NCBI GenBank assembly: GCA_973895155.1
Contig: OZ316893.1
Span: forward strand, 16,894,645 to 16,958,644
DNA length: 64,000 nucleotides
Source: Marsupella aquatica
Taxonomy: Eukaryota; Plantae; Marchantiophyta
Direction of reading: 5' to 3'
Translations under genes and position numbers: made by a program
Notes under the pieces: generated by a model
What the model saw: only the letters and a program-made list of their open reading frames with translations
Database searches by the model: none
Told to the model about the DNA's origin: nothing
Shown here: one piece after another, positions 51,565 through 64,000 of the stretch
How the letters are laid out: each line of letters starts with the position of its first letter
Position numbering within the stretch: position 1 is the stretch's first letter

Positions 51565-51734
51565 GTGCCTTCCGGTAGATAGGAACTGCGTCTAGAATCG
51601 AATGGCCGAGCTGGAGAGGATCGTGTACGACATTCAGAGGATATAGTAGTGGCGACTTAGAGCGAACGAGAGAGCTGGGGTCGAAGCTGGCGCGTGGACT
51701 GATGGACTGGTGCACTACAAAGGGTTGGCTCCCC

Positions 51735-51741
51735 TTTTATA
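51735..51741 (-). promoter_or_regulatory. Putative LTR TATA box (TATAAAA) ~170 bp upstream of the LTR-borne ORF
   Basis: GGTATAAAAGGGG on the minus strand, ~360 bp from the LTR end. Confidence 0.5.
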
Positions 51742-53586
51742 CCTTGAGGGCTTGTCGATCCCCCAACGTCTCCTCGACGCCCATAGGCTGAACCGCTCAC
51801 GCTTGTGGTGTACCGGCCACTCCGCCGGTCTGAGTCAGCGCGTGTCAGTGGCCGCTTCCTTAAGTTCGTTATACGGACCCGAGGGAGGGGCCCCTCCACG
51901 CTCGTAACCCGAGTGTGCGAATAGCGACCCGCCGCCAGTCCGAACCTAAATTCCCCCTTATTGCCTAATGATGTCCTACCCATAATGATTACCTAAATAC
52001 TGTCATTATGCTAATAATAGCGGCCTAAGACACTCCTAATGCGCGTGCTAAGCGCAGTTAGACCGAATCACTCATTAACCGCCGTACCGGCGGCGTCACA
52101 ATGACACATATGACTTATGTGCTCAAATGATAAAATATGTAAATGACATAACATAAATGACATTGAAATGACTGTCCAAAATGACGGGGTGCAAAAAATG
52201 ACTAATACTTGCAATAGTGTCATTTAAACCAATGAGCCAAATGACTTTGACTGCTATAATGACAACAATCATGAGTTGTAGTCATTTTGGACAGTCTTTG
52301 TGAATGACACAATTAACAAAAACTCTGACATATCAGTGTTTCACATATGGGAAGTCATTTCAGACAACTGTGACTAATGACTAATAAATCAAATATGCAA
52401 ATATCAGTGTTTAAAAATGTTAGTAGTCATTTAAACCAAAAGTGATAAATGACATGATAAACAACATATGACTATTTTGAGGTTTATGGTTTAGGGTATG
52501 ATTAGTCATCCAAAATGTATGGTAGTATATATCGTGGTACTAGTGGCACTCACATATTAGATTTGAAATACATTTAGAGACCTAACAAGCCTTCTTTTGT
52601 TGTGAGTCTCATCATTAAATTGATGTACAACTTAAGGCTTGATAATCTCTAATAAGTATGTACATTTACATATACTTGCACCCATTCATTACAACTTTCC
52701 TATATATGCCAAGGACTCCTGAAGTGTTTACATTCCTTAAGCTGTATTCACATTTCACATGTTGGAGTATATATGGGGGCATGCAAGGTTGCCAAATAAC
52801 ACTCTCGGGCATAGGTCTAGGGTTTAAGGTTTAGACTTTAGGTACTACATGCCTATATTTGCTCATGTCATTTTTTTCAATATATTATTCATGTTATTTG
52901 CAAAGGATTCCCAATCATTTTTGCTCTCACTCAACTTTCTAGTCATTTGACAAGTGCCGCTAGATGTCATTTATGCAAATGTCATTTGGGATGTCAATGT
53001 TGTGGTCATGTATGTCATGCAGAATATGACTCTTAAGAGCTTTTGGTGGCTGATTGACCCCATTGGTGATAGGGGCCGGCCATTAAGGATGATACCCACT
53101 TCACATGGTGCGGGATAGGGTACTTGACAACCGTGGGCCACTGGTTATGCCATTTGGCCTCCACAACACTTTTTAAAATACACATTTTGCATCATGGAAG
53201 GGCATCACCCAACTTTGGGCAAAACATTCCCAAGTTGTATGACTTTGGAGTCATTTGCCCAAAGGGGTGCAAATCATTCTAATTTGGTCATTTGCAAGGG
53301 ATCTTGAGTCATTTGTGCGTGTGACTAAAGGTTTTTGTCATTTGTGGAGTGCCGAGGGGTGTCATTTAAGCAAATGACACAAAAATAAGTCATTGATGAT
53401 GTCAATGCGGCAGTCAAGCATGCCATGGACAATATGACTCCTTGGGGTCTTTGGGGGCTTATTCACAATATACGTGATCGTAGCCGGCCATTAGGGATGC
53501 TACCCACTCCACATGGTGCGGGATGGGGTACTTGTACACCCTGAGCCACTAGTTATGCCCCTTGGCCTCCACAACACTTTTTCCGA

Positions 53587-56420
53587 ATGTTTGATGGTGT
53601 TGTGCGGGCATTGGCGGAAGTCAGGCACATACCAGACATCTCTAAGAACTTAATTTCTCTTGGTGCTTCGGAAGCTGGTGGATATCATTTCACTGCACGT
53701 GATGGTGCGCTCTTTGTTGTCAAAGGTGAGGTAACTTTGATTAAGGCGCTACAGCAGAATAATTTGTACATCTTGCAAGGAGATGTGATTGCTCCTAGAG
53801 TGGAGCATGTGGATTCTGTGGTGGAACGTTTGGATGCAGTGGCATTGTCGGTTGCTTCAATTGAAGCACCATCAACATCTGGTCGCACACAGGCCATAGA
53901 TTTATGGCATGCATGATTGGGGCACTTGAGTGGTAAAGGATTGGCAGCCTTGGCAAACAAAGATGTGCTGCAAGGCGCACAATCTGGAAAACTTTCTTTC
54001 TGTGAAGATTGCATCTACGGCAAGCAGAGGAGAGTGAGTTTCAGTTCTAGTTCCTACCATTCTCATGAGATTCTTGAGTATGTACATTCAGATGTTTGGG
54101 GTCCAGCGCCGGAGCCATCGTTGGGTGGAGCCAGATATTTTGTGACATTTGTAGATGATTACTCTCGAATGTGTTGGTTATACTACATGAAGGAGAAGTC
54201 TCAAGTATTTGAGATCTTCAAGGAGTTGAAGTGTGTTCGGTCAGATAACGGTGGCGAGTATAATTCCAATGAGTTTGACCAATTTGGTTGGGACCTTGGC
54301 CTCAAGCGTCATTACACTGTACCGGAGACCCCGCAGCAGAATGGAGTGGCAGAACGGTTGAATCGGATATTACTGGAGAAAGCACGCAGCATGCTATGTA
54401 GGTCCAAGTTGCCCCATAAGTTTTGGGCTGAAGCTGTCAACCAAGCTGCATACGTTTACAACCTGTCACCGCACAGTAGTAAGTTGATGTAGACTCCGTT
54501 TGAGTTGTGGTATAAGAGACCTGCTGATTACTCTAGACTCCGAGTTTTTGGGTGTGTTGCCTATGTTCACATTGAGCAGACACACAGGTCTAAGTTGGAT
54601 CCCAACCCTAAGAAATGTATTTTTCTAGGCTTTAGTCCGGGGCAGAAGGGCTACAAATTGTGGGATCCTGTCGATTGCAAGGCAGTTGTGAGTAGAAATG
54701 TTGTTTTTGATGAAGAATGGTTGTCAAGAACCTGGGATGATCAAGAGGAGCAGGTGGAGGAACCCACTACGGTGGAGCTTGATGGTGTTGAGGAAGCTGC
54801 TGGTCCCTCTGGTAGAGGTGCAGTCCCTCAATTGAGGCAATCCACAAGGGCCAATCTTGGCCAACCCCTTGATAGATTTGGTTTTGCAGATCCTCGTGTT
54901 CATGTTGTTGAGCACGACAATGATCCCGGTGTTATATTGCTCACTAAAGATGGGGACCCCTCTAGCTATGAAGAAGCTATGGCCTCTCCAGAGAAGGATA
55001 AGTGGATGGAGGCGATGTTGAAGGAGATGAATTCTTTGAAGAAGAATTCAACTTGGCGCTTAGTGGACATGCCTCACGGGAAGACACTGGTTCCGTGTAG
55101 ATGGTTGTACAAGAAGAAGCAGGATGGTACAAGGCACGCCTTGTGGCCAAAGGGTACACCCAGAAGGAGGGCTCGGACTACACGGAGATTTTCTCACCAG
55201 TTGTCAAACTCGCTACTATTCGTGTTTTACTTGCAATTGTGGCATTCTATGATCTTGAGTTAGATCAAATGGATGTAATTACTGCTTTCCTACATGGATT
55301 GCTTGATGTGGAGATTTATATGGCTCAGTCTCCAGGTTTTATTGATGAGAAGACCAGACACTTGGTGTGTCAGCTCTTGCGCTCGTTATATGGATTGAAG
55401 CAGAGTCCCAGACAATGGAATAATCATTTTGATTCCTTCATGTTATCACAGGGGTTCACGCGGAGTGAACATGATTGTTGTATTTACATGAAGGAGGTGG
55501 AGAATTACTCACGCTTTGGTTGCATTGTGCTGGCACTGTACGTGGATGACATGCTGATCCTGGCTGAGAATAAGTCTGATGTTGCCCATTTGAAAGCAAT
55601 GCTGAGTAAGGAGTTTTCAATGAAGGACTTGGGTCAGGCCAAGAAGATTCTAGGGATGGAGATTCATCGTGATAGGGAGCAGAGGCAATTATGGTTGTCT
55701 CAGAGGCAGTATTTAGAGAAAGTACTTGCCAAGTATGGGATGGAGAATGCAAAACCAGATGGTATTCCATTGGCTTCCCACTTTAAACTCTCAAAGAATG
55801 ATTGCCCTTCTAGTGAGAGTGATAGACTGGCGATGAAACAGGTTCCCTATGATAGTGTTGTGGGTAGTTTGATGTATGCAATGACATGCACTAGACCTGA
55901 CATTGCCCACGCCGTTGGCATTTTGAGTAGATTTATAGCAAACCCTGGTAAACTTCATTGGGAAGCAGTGAAGTGGGTTTTGCGATATCTGAAAGGTACC
56001 TTAGATTGTGGGATTCTATTTGATGGTAAAGCAAACTCTACATTAGAGTTGGGAGGTTTTGTAGATTCAGATTATGCTGGTAACTTGGATAACAGGAAGT
56101 CTACTATAGGCTATGTGTTTATGCTGGGTGGAGGTTGTATCAGCTGGAAGTCGGCAACTCAATCTTGTGTTGCGTTATCTACTATTGAGGCTGAGTACAT
56201 GGCTGCCTGCGAGGCAACCAAGGAGCTGATCTGGCTACAGAGATTGGACAAAGCACATTGATATTCATTATCACTTCATCCGTGAGGTGATTGATCGAGA
56301 CGAAGCAGAGGTTTTTGGAGAAGGTGGCTTTAGAGGAGAATGTGGCAGATATGCTTACCAAAGTTTTACCTACTAGTAGCTTTAGTCATTGTGTGTGGAT
56401 ATTATTAATGTTAGGGCCAA
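53587..56420 (+). pseudogene. 5'-truncated Ty1/Copia (Tnt1/Tork-like) pol: integrase, RT, RNase H
   Basis: VHSDVWGP, RSDNGGEY, PQQNGVAER, YKARLVAKG, YVDD and DSDYAG motifs, with stops and frameshifts. Confidence 0.93.
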
Positions 56421-56503
56421 ACCGGAGACTATGTAGATATGTTACTTAGTTACATATTGTTTATCACCTGACTCATTGTGTGAACTAGAGTCAAGGTGGA
56501 GAT

Positions 56504-57372
56504 TGTTAGGAATTGACTCGAGTTCCCAACAATAGTTAGTTTGGCCTTACTAGGGTTAATTGACCCTTGGTTAGTTTAGGATAAGATCCACTTATTTTGG
56601 CCCACACATCTTAGTCCCCCTTGGGGGGTATAGGTTGGAGGGAGAGCATTCTCTCCCTCATTCTTCACATGTTCAATCTCATGAGCTATGGATCCTTTAG
56701 GAGTTTCTCCATGATTGTGGTGTCTTGTTGGTGTAGTGTGAGATTGAGTGCTCTCATGTTCCACATTGCTGTCTAGTCTGGAGCTGACGGTTTTCCTACA
56801 CCCAAGAGGTTCTATTCGCTGATCCACTTACCATGTCTGTTAAGCTTGAGTCAAGACATTGGTTTTCGAGTTCCTAGATATTGTGGGGTTACTTACCTAG
56901 GTTCTTGGTTGCTTGTGCAAACAATGAGGACCATTGAGCGACAGTCGTGTTAGAGAGCAAGTGCAGCTTGATATGAAAGTTACCTCCAAAGTTGCTAGAG
57001 GTACCAAGTTGTTTGTTCAAGGACTTTTGTGTAAGCGTTTGAGCACCAACGGCACTTAGGTGAGGGTGCTAGGATTGATGAGGGCGTTGGGTGGCTAAGT
57101 CCGCCACTAGGAGCATTGTAGGTATGGGCCCTAGTCAAGCCTCCTCTTGGAAGCTAATTCTGTTGGAAGCACACACTTAGCAATTAGCTTCCAAGAGAAA
57201 ATTATGTCATAGAGTAGCTTGTGGCTTGCCAGACTATGGTAGATGTATGGTCTTGTGCAAAGTTGATATTTTCTCTTGACAATGGACATAGCCCAGATGA
57301 GGAGAACCTCATATTGTTTTGTCAGTACCAATGGTTATTGTACACTGGTTTAGTGTGACATCAAGCTTTCCA
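56504..57372 (+). mobile_element. 3' LTR of the preceding Copia (right end approximate)
   Basis: PPT AAGGTGGAGAT is followed by TGTTAGG at 56504. Confidence 0.65.
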
Positions 57373-59257
57373 ATTTTATCTCAATAATTGATATTAGAGT
57401 TTGTATCACGAGTGGTAATAGTTTGGGAGTTTTTGATGGTTGATTATTAGATATCTTTGGGATGCTAGGGACTGTAAACAATTAAAATCAAGGAGGTAAT
57501 TAACATTGTTGTTCTACTGATGAGAAATTTGCAAATTTTATCAAAAAACTATGCACACTAGATCAAAAAGATGTGCCATTTTGCATTCAACATTTTCTAA
57601 TTGGTTTTGGATGGTTTGTTTCCATTTACTGAAAGAAGTGGGACTTTGATTGCTCAATTCAAGATTTTCTTGATTTGTGAACAACAAAATGGATGCACTT
57701 GAATGGGATGGTGCATCATGTATCACAAAGACAAGTGCACTTTTCATTTTGCTTTGAAAACCGAAAGCAGACCCATCCAAAAGAGGATAGACGTCCTGCT
57801 CTGGAGCATGCATTTCTATGTAGGGCAGCCACAAGGGGACGATACCCAGGGATCCGACAAGGACCCAGACCAGGAGGGAGAGAGTATTAAACCAGAACCC
57901 CAAAACGGCCAACCAGGGGCTAAGAGGATAATCAATACCCCCACCATTGCACCCCACCCACACACATACCCTCCACATCCCTTGCATGTGGAGGGAGGAT
58001 TGAACCAGAGGAAACAATTCACTTTTGATGTAGTTGAATGGAATGGTGCATTATATTTCAGCAACATTGACCGGCTTGGAAGCCATAGCCGAGCATAAGG
58101 CAGCCGGCCATACATGCACATTGATGATATCAGGATGAGTCGTACCAGATCGTGTGGGAGACTGAAGTGGTTGAAAGGAGAAAACCAGGCATGAAAGACC
58201 CCACAAGAAGAGAACAATTTTGTGGAGCTTTTGTCCCAGTACCCGTAATGCACATAGCCTTGACAAAGCTGTGGTTGCCATTGTGCATGACACAAGTCAA
58301 ATTTCTTAAAATTGAGAATATTTCTTACGAATGTTAAAATGGGGAGTGTTCCCTTTGCATTTATGTATGCCAAGATTCCAACTCTCAGTACCATTACAGG
58401 AGTTCTGTTCAAAATTTTTGCCTCCAAGTATCTGAAACACTTTGCTCATAGTGCACCATCCAACCTTCAAAATCCTATCCAAGCAAAAGGCTTGGGATGA
58501 CAACTTGTAATAAGATTCTACTTTGGCAATTACTTGTGGAAGTCATCGGACAGAACGACACACTCAAAATTCTCAGTAGGCTATGACACAAGTCCCACAA
58601 TTTTATATACTGGGTGTGTCGATATTTTCCAGTAGCACTTGGAAGCTGTCGGCCAGAAGCGCTTCGCACATGTTGAAGAAAGTTGAACACAACATTGCTT
58701 GACAATCTTTGAAGTTTACCAAAGTACTGGAATCCCTGATCGACTGGGCAAGCCTTTCTGATCAACAACTATCGAAGAAGCCTTACCTTAAACTTCGTTG
58801 CTCTTATTGGCTTGGGTAGCCGCTAAGATTCCTCTCAGTTGGAGACCCAAGAAATTGAGAGAGCGGAGAGAGCTCAAGTTGGTCTCTCTATTGTTTTTTT
58901 GCATTTGCGTTCTTTGATTGTTCAGGTTTTAGATTTTTGGGAAGCACGTCATTGGTCTCATTGGATTCAGGAGGATCAGTGCTTAATTCATCCCGATACC
59001 TTTTGCAACGCTGTACGTAGCAATTTGACTAACTTCTGATCAATAGAGGAAGGAAGATGCTGTAGCAAATGCTTTGCTCTTTATAGTCTCAACATTGATC
59101 TTTGTCACGGTCTTCTGGATCCTTTGCGCTTCTCTTTACCGAAGTGACATTGCACTATGGATTACAATTGGCGCTCTAGAATGGACAATCATGCATATGC
59201 TAGTTGTTCCCTTGGTTGGCTGCTTCTTTTGGAATAGATTTTGATAGGAATCGGTAT

Positions 59258-60896
59258 TGTTGAGCATAGACGACACTTGTAACCATAAGCACATGACACA
59301 TCCAACGTGCAAGTAGTCGACACAAGAGATACGTGGTTCACCTCCTCGAGGCTATGTCCACGGGAACACACAAAAGAGCTTTACTAAACTCTAAGCTCGT
59401 CGGCCATACCAAGTCTCCATAGTGTAAGCTCTCATCATCTCTCAAGTGGCTCCATAACAATGAGCCTAAGTTCCACTTATCCAAGAAAACACCGCTTGGC
59501 ATATAGTGTGCATCCTAGTTAACCTAACCACGTCTGCGACTATGGTTAGCCTAACTACGGTTACATGTCGTAACCCTAGACCATGAGTAAATACCTAACA
59601 ATCTCCCCCTTGACTCTGGTCTAGGTGAAGGTAATACTGCTAACCTACATGATTCCTCAGCGGGAAATTCTGGACAAAAACCAACATGGTTTCCCCTCTC
59701 TAACTAGAGCAAACCAGAACTAAGCCGTAGTCTATTACTAGGAGTGAAGAAGAGCATATATATCAGTAATTACAGCGAATGTTAAGAAAAACCCTTGTGA
59801 CACAATTGCAAAACCTGCAGCATGTCACGATGTCTAGAGAAACTTTCCGAAGGAATCACTTTGGTAAATGCGTCAGCTGGGTTGAGTTTACCGTCTATCT
59901 TGACTAGCTCAAACAAATTATCAGACACAACCTGCCTGATAAAATGGTACCTGACGTCTATGTGCTTCACTCTACTGTCCATCACTTGGTTCACAGCAAG
60001 GTGGAGTGCACTTTGACTATCACAATGGAGCTTCACATTCCCCTGTGGCAATCTCATTTCAGTGATAAGTCTATCCAACCAAATCGCTTCCTTTGCTGCT
60101 TCCGTTGCTGCAACATACTCCGCTTCTGTAGTAGATTGAGCAATACACTTTTGCAAAGTAGACCTCCAACTTATGCATCCACCACCAAGTGTGAACACGT
60201 ACCCTGTTGTTGATCTCCTTCGGTCCAGATCTTGTCCATAGTCAAAATCTACATAGCCAATCAATGATCTCACATTCTTTGCATTTGCATTTGCATCAAA
60301 TAAAAGACCATGATCCACGGTACCCTTCAAGTACCTGATAATCCACTTCACTGCTTCCCAGTGTACCTTCCCTGGATTCCACATGTACCTGCTCACCTTG
60401 CCCATAGCCATGGCAAGATCAGGTCTAGTGCAAGTCATCAAATACATTAGACTTCCCATTGCCTTATCATAAGGAACCTTTGACATCAGCCCCTTCTTTG
60501 TCGCATCTGTGGGACAAAAAGCTGATGACAATTTGAAGTGTGCAGCCAAAGGGGTACTTACTGGCTTACTATTCCCCATGTTGAACCTAGCAATTACCTT
60601 CCTCGCATAATTGCTCTGTGTCAACCATAGCTTACCAGTCTCCAAGGCCCTAGTGATCTCCATACCCAAAATCCTCTTAGCTGGCCCTAGGTCCTTCATC
60701 TTAAACTCTGCACTAAGTAGTGTCTTAAGCTTAACAATCTCAGACCTATTCTTGGCCGCAATAAGCATGTCATCCACATAAAGTACTAAAACAATGAATC
60801 CAAAGACAATATTCTTCACCGATTTTAAATATACACAAGGGTCAAACACACTCCTGTGAAAACCTTGTGACTGAATCCAATCATCAAACCGCTTGT
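59258..60896 (-). mobile_element. 3' part of a second Copia: RT/RNase H (59782-60896), PPT and 3' LTR (~59258-59600)
   Basis: YVDD, TEAEY and KHIDVRYHF motifs. The PPT AGGGGGAGAT is followed by TGTTAGG on the minus strand at 59600, and a candidate far end TGTTGA lies at 59258. Confidence 0.88.
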
Positions 60897-62204
60897 TCGG
60901 GGTATTTACAAAAGATAGGAACCAGGAAATAGTAACAGGAAATAGTTACTATTACCAGAAGAATTGGAGGTAAAAACCAAAAACATCGGACCAAAAAAAG
61001 GATTCCAAACAATCAAAATTAAAGCCCATTTGAGTCATTTTCATTAAAACCGTCTCATTCCGGAGGAAATATCCCATCGGGTAGTCCGACCCAAATTTGC
61101 GATGATTACCAGCGCCCAGCGCTGGTATCAATGAAGCGAATGGAAAGCTTGTAGGGTTTCATAGAAGAAGGGAAAAGTCAACAAAAATCTAAGTAACCTC
61201 AATCGAGAAGACAATGAGCGGCTTAAAATGAGGCAATTCAAATCAATAGAGACAGGGTCATACAACAACAAAATCCGGATCTCGTTGCTAGCTTAAACCT
61301 CAAAATCCCAAAATCCATGTTTAACAGCATCGAGAGGAAAACCAGACATTGAAGATTGAGCCGATCCAAAATTCATTTACTTCAAAAATGGGCAAAAACA
61401 TATCATCGAGATTACATGGGCGACGGAAAGCAATGAGTATAAGTAGCGCCTGGCGCTAGCTTAAAACTACAAATCCCGCCCTTCCATGTGTAACGCCATG
61501 GAGAGGAAAATGGGTCGATCCAAAAAGCATTTCCTATCAAAATGAGCAAAAACATATTACCCAGATTACCAAATCCTAACAAAACAATCAGTACTGAAAA
61601 ACAGAGATGAAAAGCATCCAGCTTTAGCAGCGCTCGGCGCTAGCTTAAATATCACTACCTAGAAACCTAATCGCCGTAGGGATGCACTCCAAAATAACCT
61701 AAGCCCCTACGATTGGAACACCTTCAGCTCTGTGATTGACAGTCATCATCGACTCCCGCCCTCGCCCGCTTGTAGTTTCTCTTGAATCCTAAACCCCTAA
61801 GCCAAATATAATTCAAAGAGGGAACTCGATGCTCAGCATGAGCTTGGCCGTGGCCCGGAAAATTTGCATCAAGGAAGTCGATGCGCCCTAATCGCTCTTG
61901 CACCCGACGTTCAATGGGCTGCTGACCATCAGCAGGAACAACTTGATGAAACGAGAACCGATCCGCAAATTTGCGTGGAGTCTATCGGTCGCCAGTCCAC
62001 GGAATATTTCTCTCCCCAGGACTAATCGCCTCGTCGTAAGGAAGAGAATTACAGTTCCAAAAAGTTGATGTCTCGGTATTAGTGTCGACACAAACTGATT
62101 CGAAGGAGCTGAAGTGGCTCTCCACCGGTCGAACTTGGGAAGGACTGAAGAAGGCAAGCATCTCGTCCAACAACATTGGTTCCTTCCTCTCCATGTGGTC
62201 GCAC

Positions 62205-62380
62205 CCAGCTCGACAACGTCCACACGTAGCTCGACAACGTCCGCACCTTGCCTTAAGGTCCGCACCCAACTCGACAACGTTTGCACCTTGCCTTAAAGTG
62301 CGCAACCAGATCAACAATGTCCGTACCTTTATCGACAACGTCCGCACCTTTATCGACAAGGTCAGCACCTTTATTGACCT
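62205..62380. repeat. 21-bp-periodic minisatellite (TCGACAACGTCCGCACCTT)
   Basis: About 7-8 degenerate units, giving heptad-like peptides in the ORF track. Confidence 0.8.
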
Positions 62381-63226
62381 AGTGACTCCAAAAGGTTGAT
62401 ATAGTGACTACCAAAGGACGGTGATCGGTGGACACCCATAACATGCAAGCTTCAACGGGCAGAGGACCGTTGAGTAAATAGTCCAATCGCGACACGATTA
62501 TTTTGAAATAGACCCGACTTAATTACGTAACGACAATATACGAATGGCGACAGGATGGCAACAGAACGCATGAACGATATTATGATGTAAATGTTCAAGG
62601 AAAAACGTGCACATTTGGGGAGCGCCCGACGCTACTAAAGGAAGAGACCAATTTAAAACCTTTTATACAAGAAATACATGTATCTCGATAACAGTGCCAG
62701 GCGCTACTGAAGACAACAAGTGGTTTTTAGAATTTTATTATGAGCATATGAAATGAAATATATGTCCTTTCATAACAGCGCCCGGCGCTAGTAAAAGCTG
62801 GAAAAGAAATATACATAAATTATCGGTTTCTGATTGAGATTCCGATTCAGAGCTCTGTGATCTGTCGGTAGAGACTGCTTTGTCATCGACATACTTGCTC
62901 TTAGAAACGTCATCTACATACGGGTTTCTAACAAACTTTCTGTCAACTCCTCTTCGAAGGCGGATACCTTTGTTTTCCCAGCACAGAGTCCTTTGACTAT
63001 CCTCCTTTCTTGCAGCGTTCTCAGTGTAAGACGACAAAACAAATGGTTTCTCCGGTGTATCCATTTCAAAACGTGCAACTTTTCTTCTGAGTTGGAAGCG
63101 CTTTCTAGTATTCCATTCAGACCTGGGTAGATAACCAAGTAAGACAACCAATTGAAAGATACAATCAATAGCACAAAATGCATGAAGGAGCTGGAAAAGA
63201 GAAAGAAGCTTACAAGTTTCAGAACA

Positions 63227-64000
63227 TTACTCGGAAGAGTCATCGCTATCACTCTCGCCAGCAGATTGCTCCTTACCCCCCTGAGTTGTCTCCCCGTCCA
63301 CTTCATTTGCTGTCCCCCCACTTGACTCATCATCGGAGTCAAAATTAAGTACAGATCGGAGCTTGTCCCTCTTTTTCTTTTCCGGTGGTTGAATTGGGGG
63401 AGGCAAGGTTTCTACTTCCTTAGAAGAGAGTAGATTTAAGAACACCTTGGAACCAGTTTCAACGAAATCCTTCCGATTCTCCAGTCCAATTACAAACCTC
63501 CCAGAATAGTCTCCAGCTACAAAAGAGCTACCCGAACCAACTGTCCAATCTATGAAAATATCTCGAGGCCGAGTGATGAGCTCTATCACAGACTGCATGA
63601 ATCCAACCGACAAACGGGCATTCCCTACGAATTCCATCTCAGGTGTTGGATCTATATTGAGAGTGGGAAGCCCAATTAAATTAGTGATGGAGGGATCTTT
63701 TGTAACAGACAGAGGTCTAAACCTTGAGTCCTTGGGTACTTTCCCTTTCTGAGATACTCGGCAAAAGACGTCTAGCCTGAGCGTGAATATCTGTGAGATA
63801 AACCAAGAATGATATGTCATTCCATGCATTCATACACATTTTTGAGTGTAAAAAACAGAGATCACAACTTGGAATTTACTTGTCGGTCAGTCTTCGGCGC
63901 GTACATAGGAACTGACATAACAACATTGTGTGTGGAGATGCAATGAAACTTCTTTGATTCCTGACATGCGGATATAACCTGAGACATAGGATCGTACTCC
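63227..64000 (-). CDS. 3' exons of a spliced gene with an N4-cytosine/N6-adenine DNA methyltransferase-like (beta class) C-terminal SAM-binding region; 5' part outside the window
   Basis: LSVGFMQSVIELITRPRDIFIDWTVGSGSSFVAGDYSGRFVIGLENRKDFVE aligns to the N6_N4_Mtase consensus (L..LI...T.PGD.VLDPF.GSGTT..AA...GR..IG.E....Y). A phase-0 GT-AG intron at 63879-63791 joins an open upstream exon. Confidence 0.6.

Larger units (their letters stand above)
48079..52100 (-). mobile_element. 4022-bp solo LTR (Gypsy-like) with TSD ATGAC
   Basis: Ends TGTCACGTCGTCGG...CCGGCGGCGTCACA are imperfectly inverted (TG..CA). The 5-bp TSD ATGAC lies at 48074-48078 and 52101-52105. It is GC-rich relative to its flanks. 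Confidence 0.85.
48044..53585 (+). mobile_element. Left end of a family-A CACTA element, interrupted by a solo LTR and truncated at a Copia junction
   Basis: TIR CACTAGTAGAAAATGGGGCC at 48044. AATGAC/GTCATT subterminal repeats resume at 52101. CCCAAGTTGTATGACTTTGGAGT at ~53228 matches the palindrome of the 578-bp unit. A ~408-bp diverged direct repeat lies at ~52990 and ~53398. Confidence 0.85.

Noticed and set aside
14970-52840. Interstitial telomere array (scattered TTTAGGG/TTAGGG)
   Set aside because: Only 1-2 units at a time, dispersed within TE sequence; not an array.
57541-59039. Possible host gene or LINE remnant (ORFs of 131-203 aa)
   Set aside because: Overlapping ORFs on both strands with no motif I can identify; left unannotated.
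61888-62399. Coiled-coil protein gene from the heptad-like ORFs
   Set aside because: Explained by the 21-bp minisatellite; no coding strand can be chosen.
63227-64000. Bacterial contamination as the source of the MTase-like sequence
   Set aside because: It has an in-phase GT-AG intron and a low-complexity acidic tail, and is contiguous with plant TEs.

Overview
Eukaryotic, land-plant-like heterochromatic DNA made almost entirely of nested transposable elements, with no clear housekeeping gene. From left to right: the right end of CACTA family A with a 578-bp subterminal tandem array (1-3490); Copia and Gypsy fragments; a Bianca-lineage Copia (from 8305). CACTA B (TIR at 13479, minus-strand TnpD) cuts the Bianca element, and a complete ~20-kb CACTA C (15664-35648, TSD CCC) sits inside B's TnpD. 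CACTA C holds a young non-autonomous Bianca-type LTR element (32294-35244, identical LTRs). Further right are a LINE 3' end, a second family-A CACTA end carrying a 4-kb solo LTR that encodes a long ORF, and two Copia pol remnants. The notable biology is chromatin-related cargo. CACTA B has a SET-domain exon inside the first TnpD intron that can splice in frame to the transposase N-terminal zinc-binding exon. CACTA C carries an EDM2-like PHD module, a tandem BRCT protein, an F-box-like ORF and a Cys/His-rich ORF upstream of an intact TnpD. A spliced gene at the right edge has the C-terminal motif of bacterial-type N4C/N6A DNA methyltransferases. All domain calls come from motif recognition by eye; no database searches were run.
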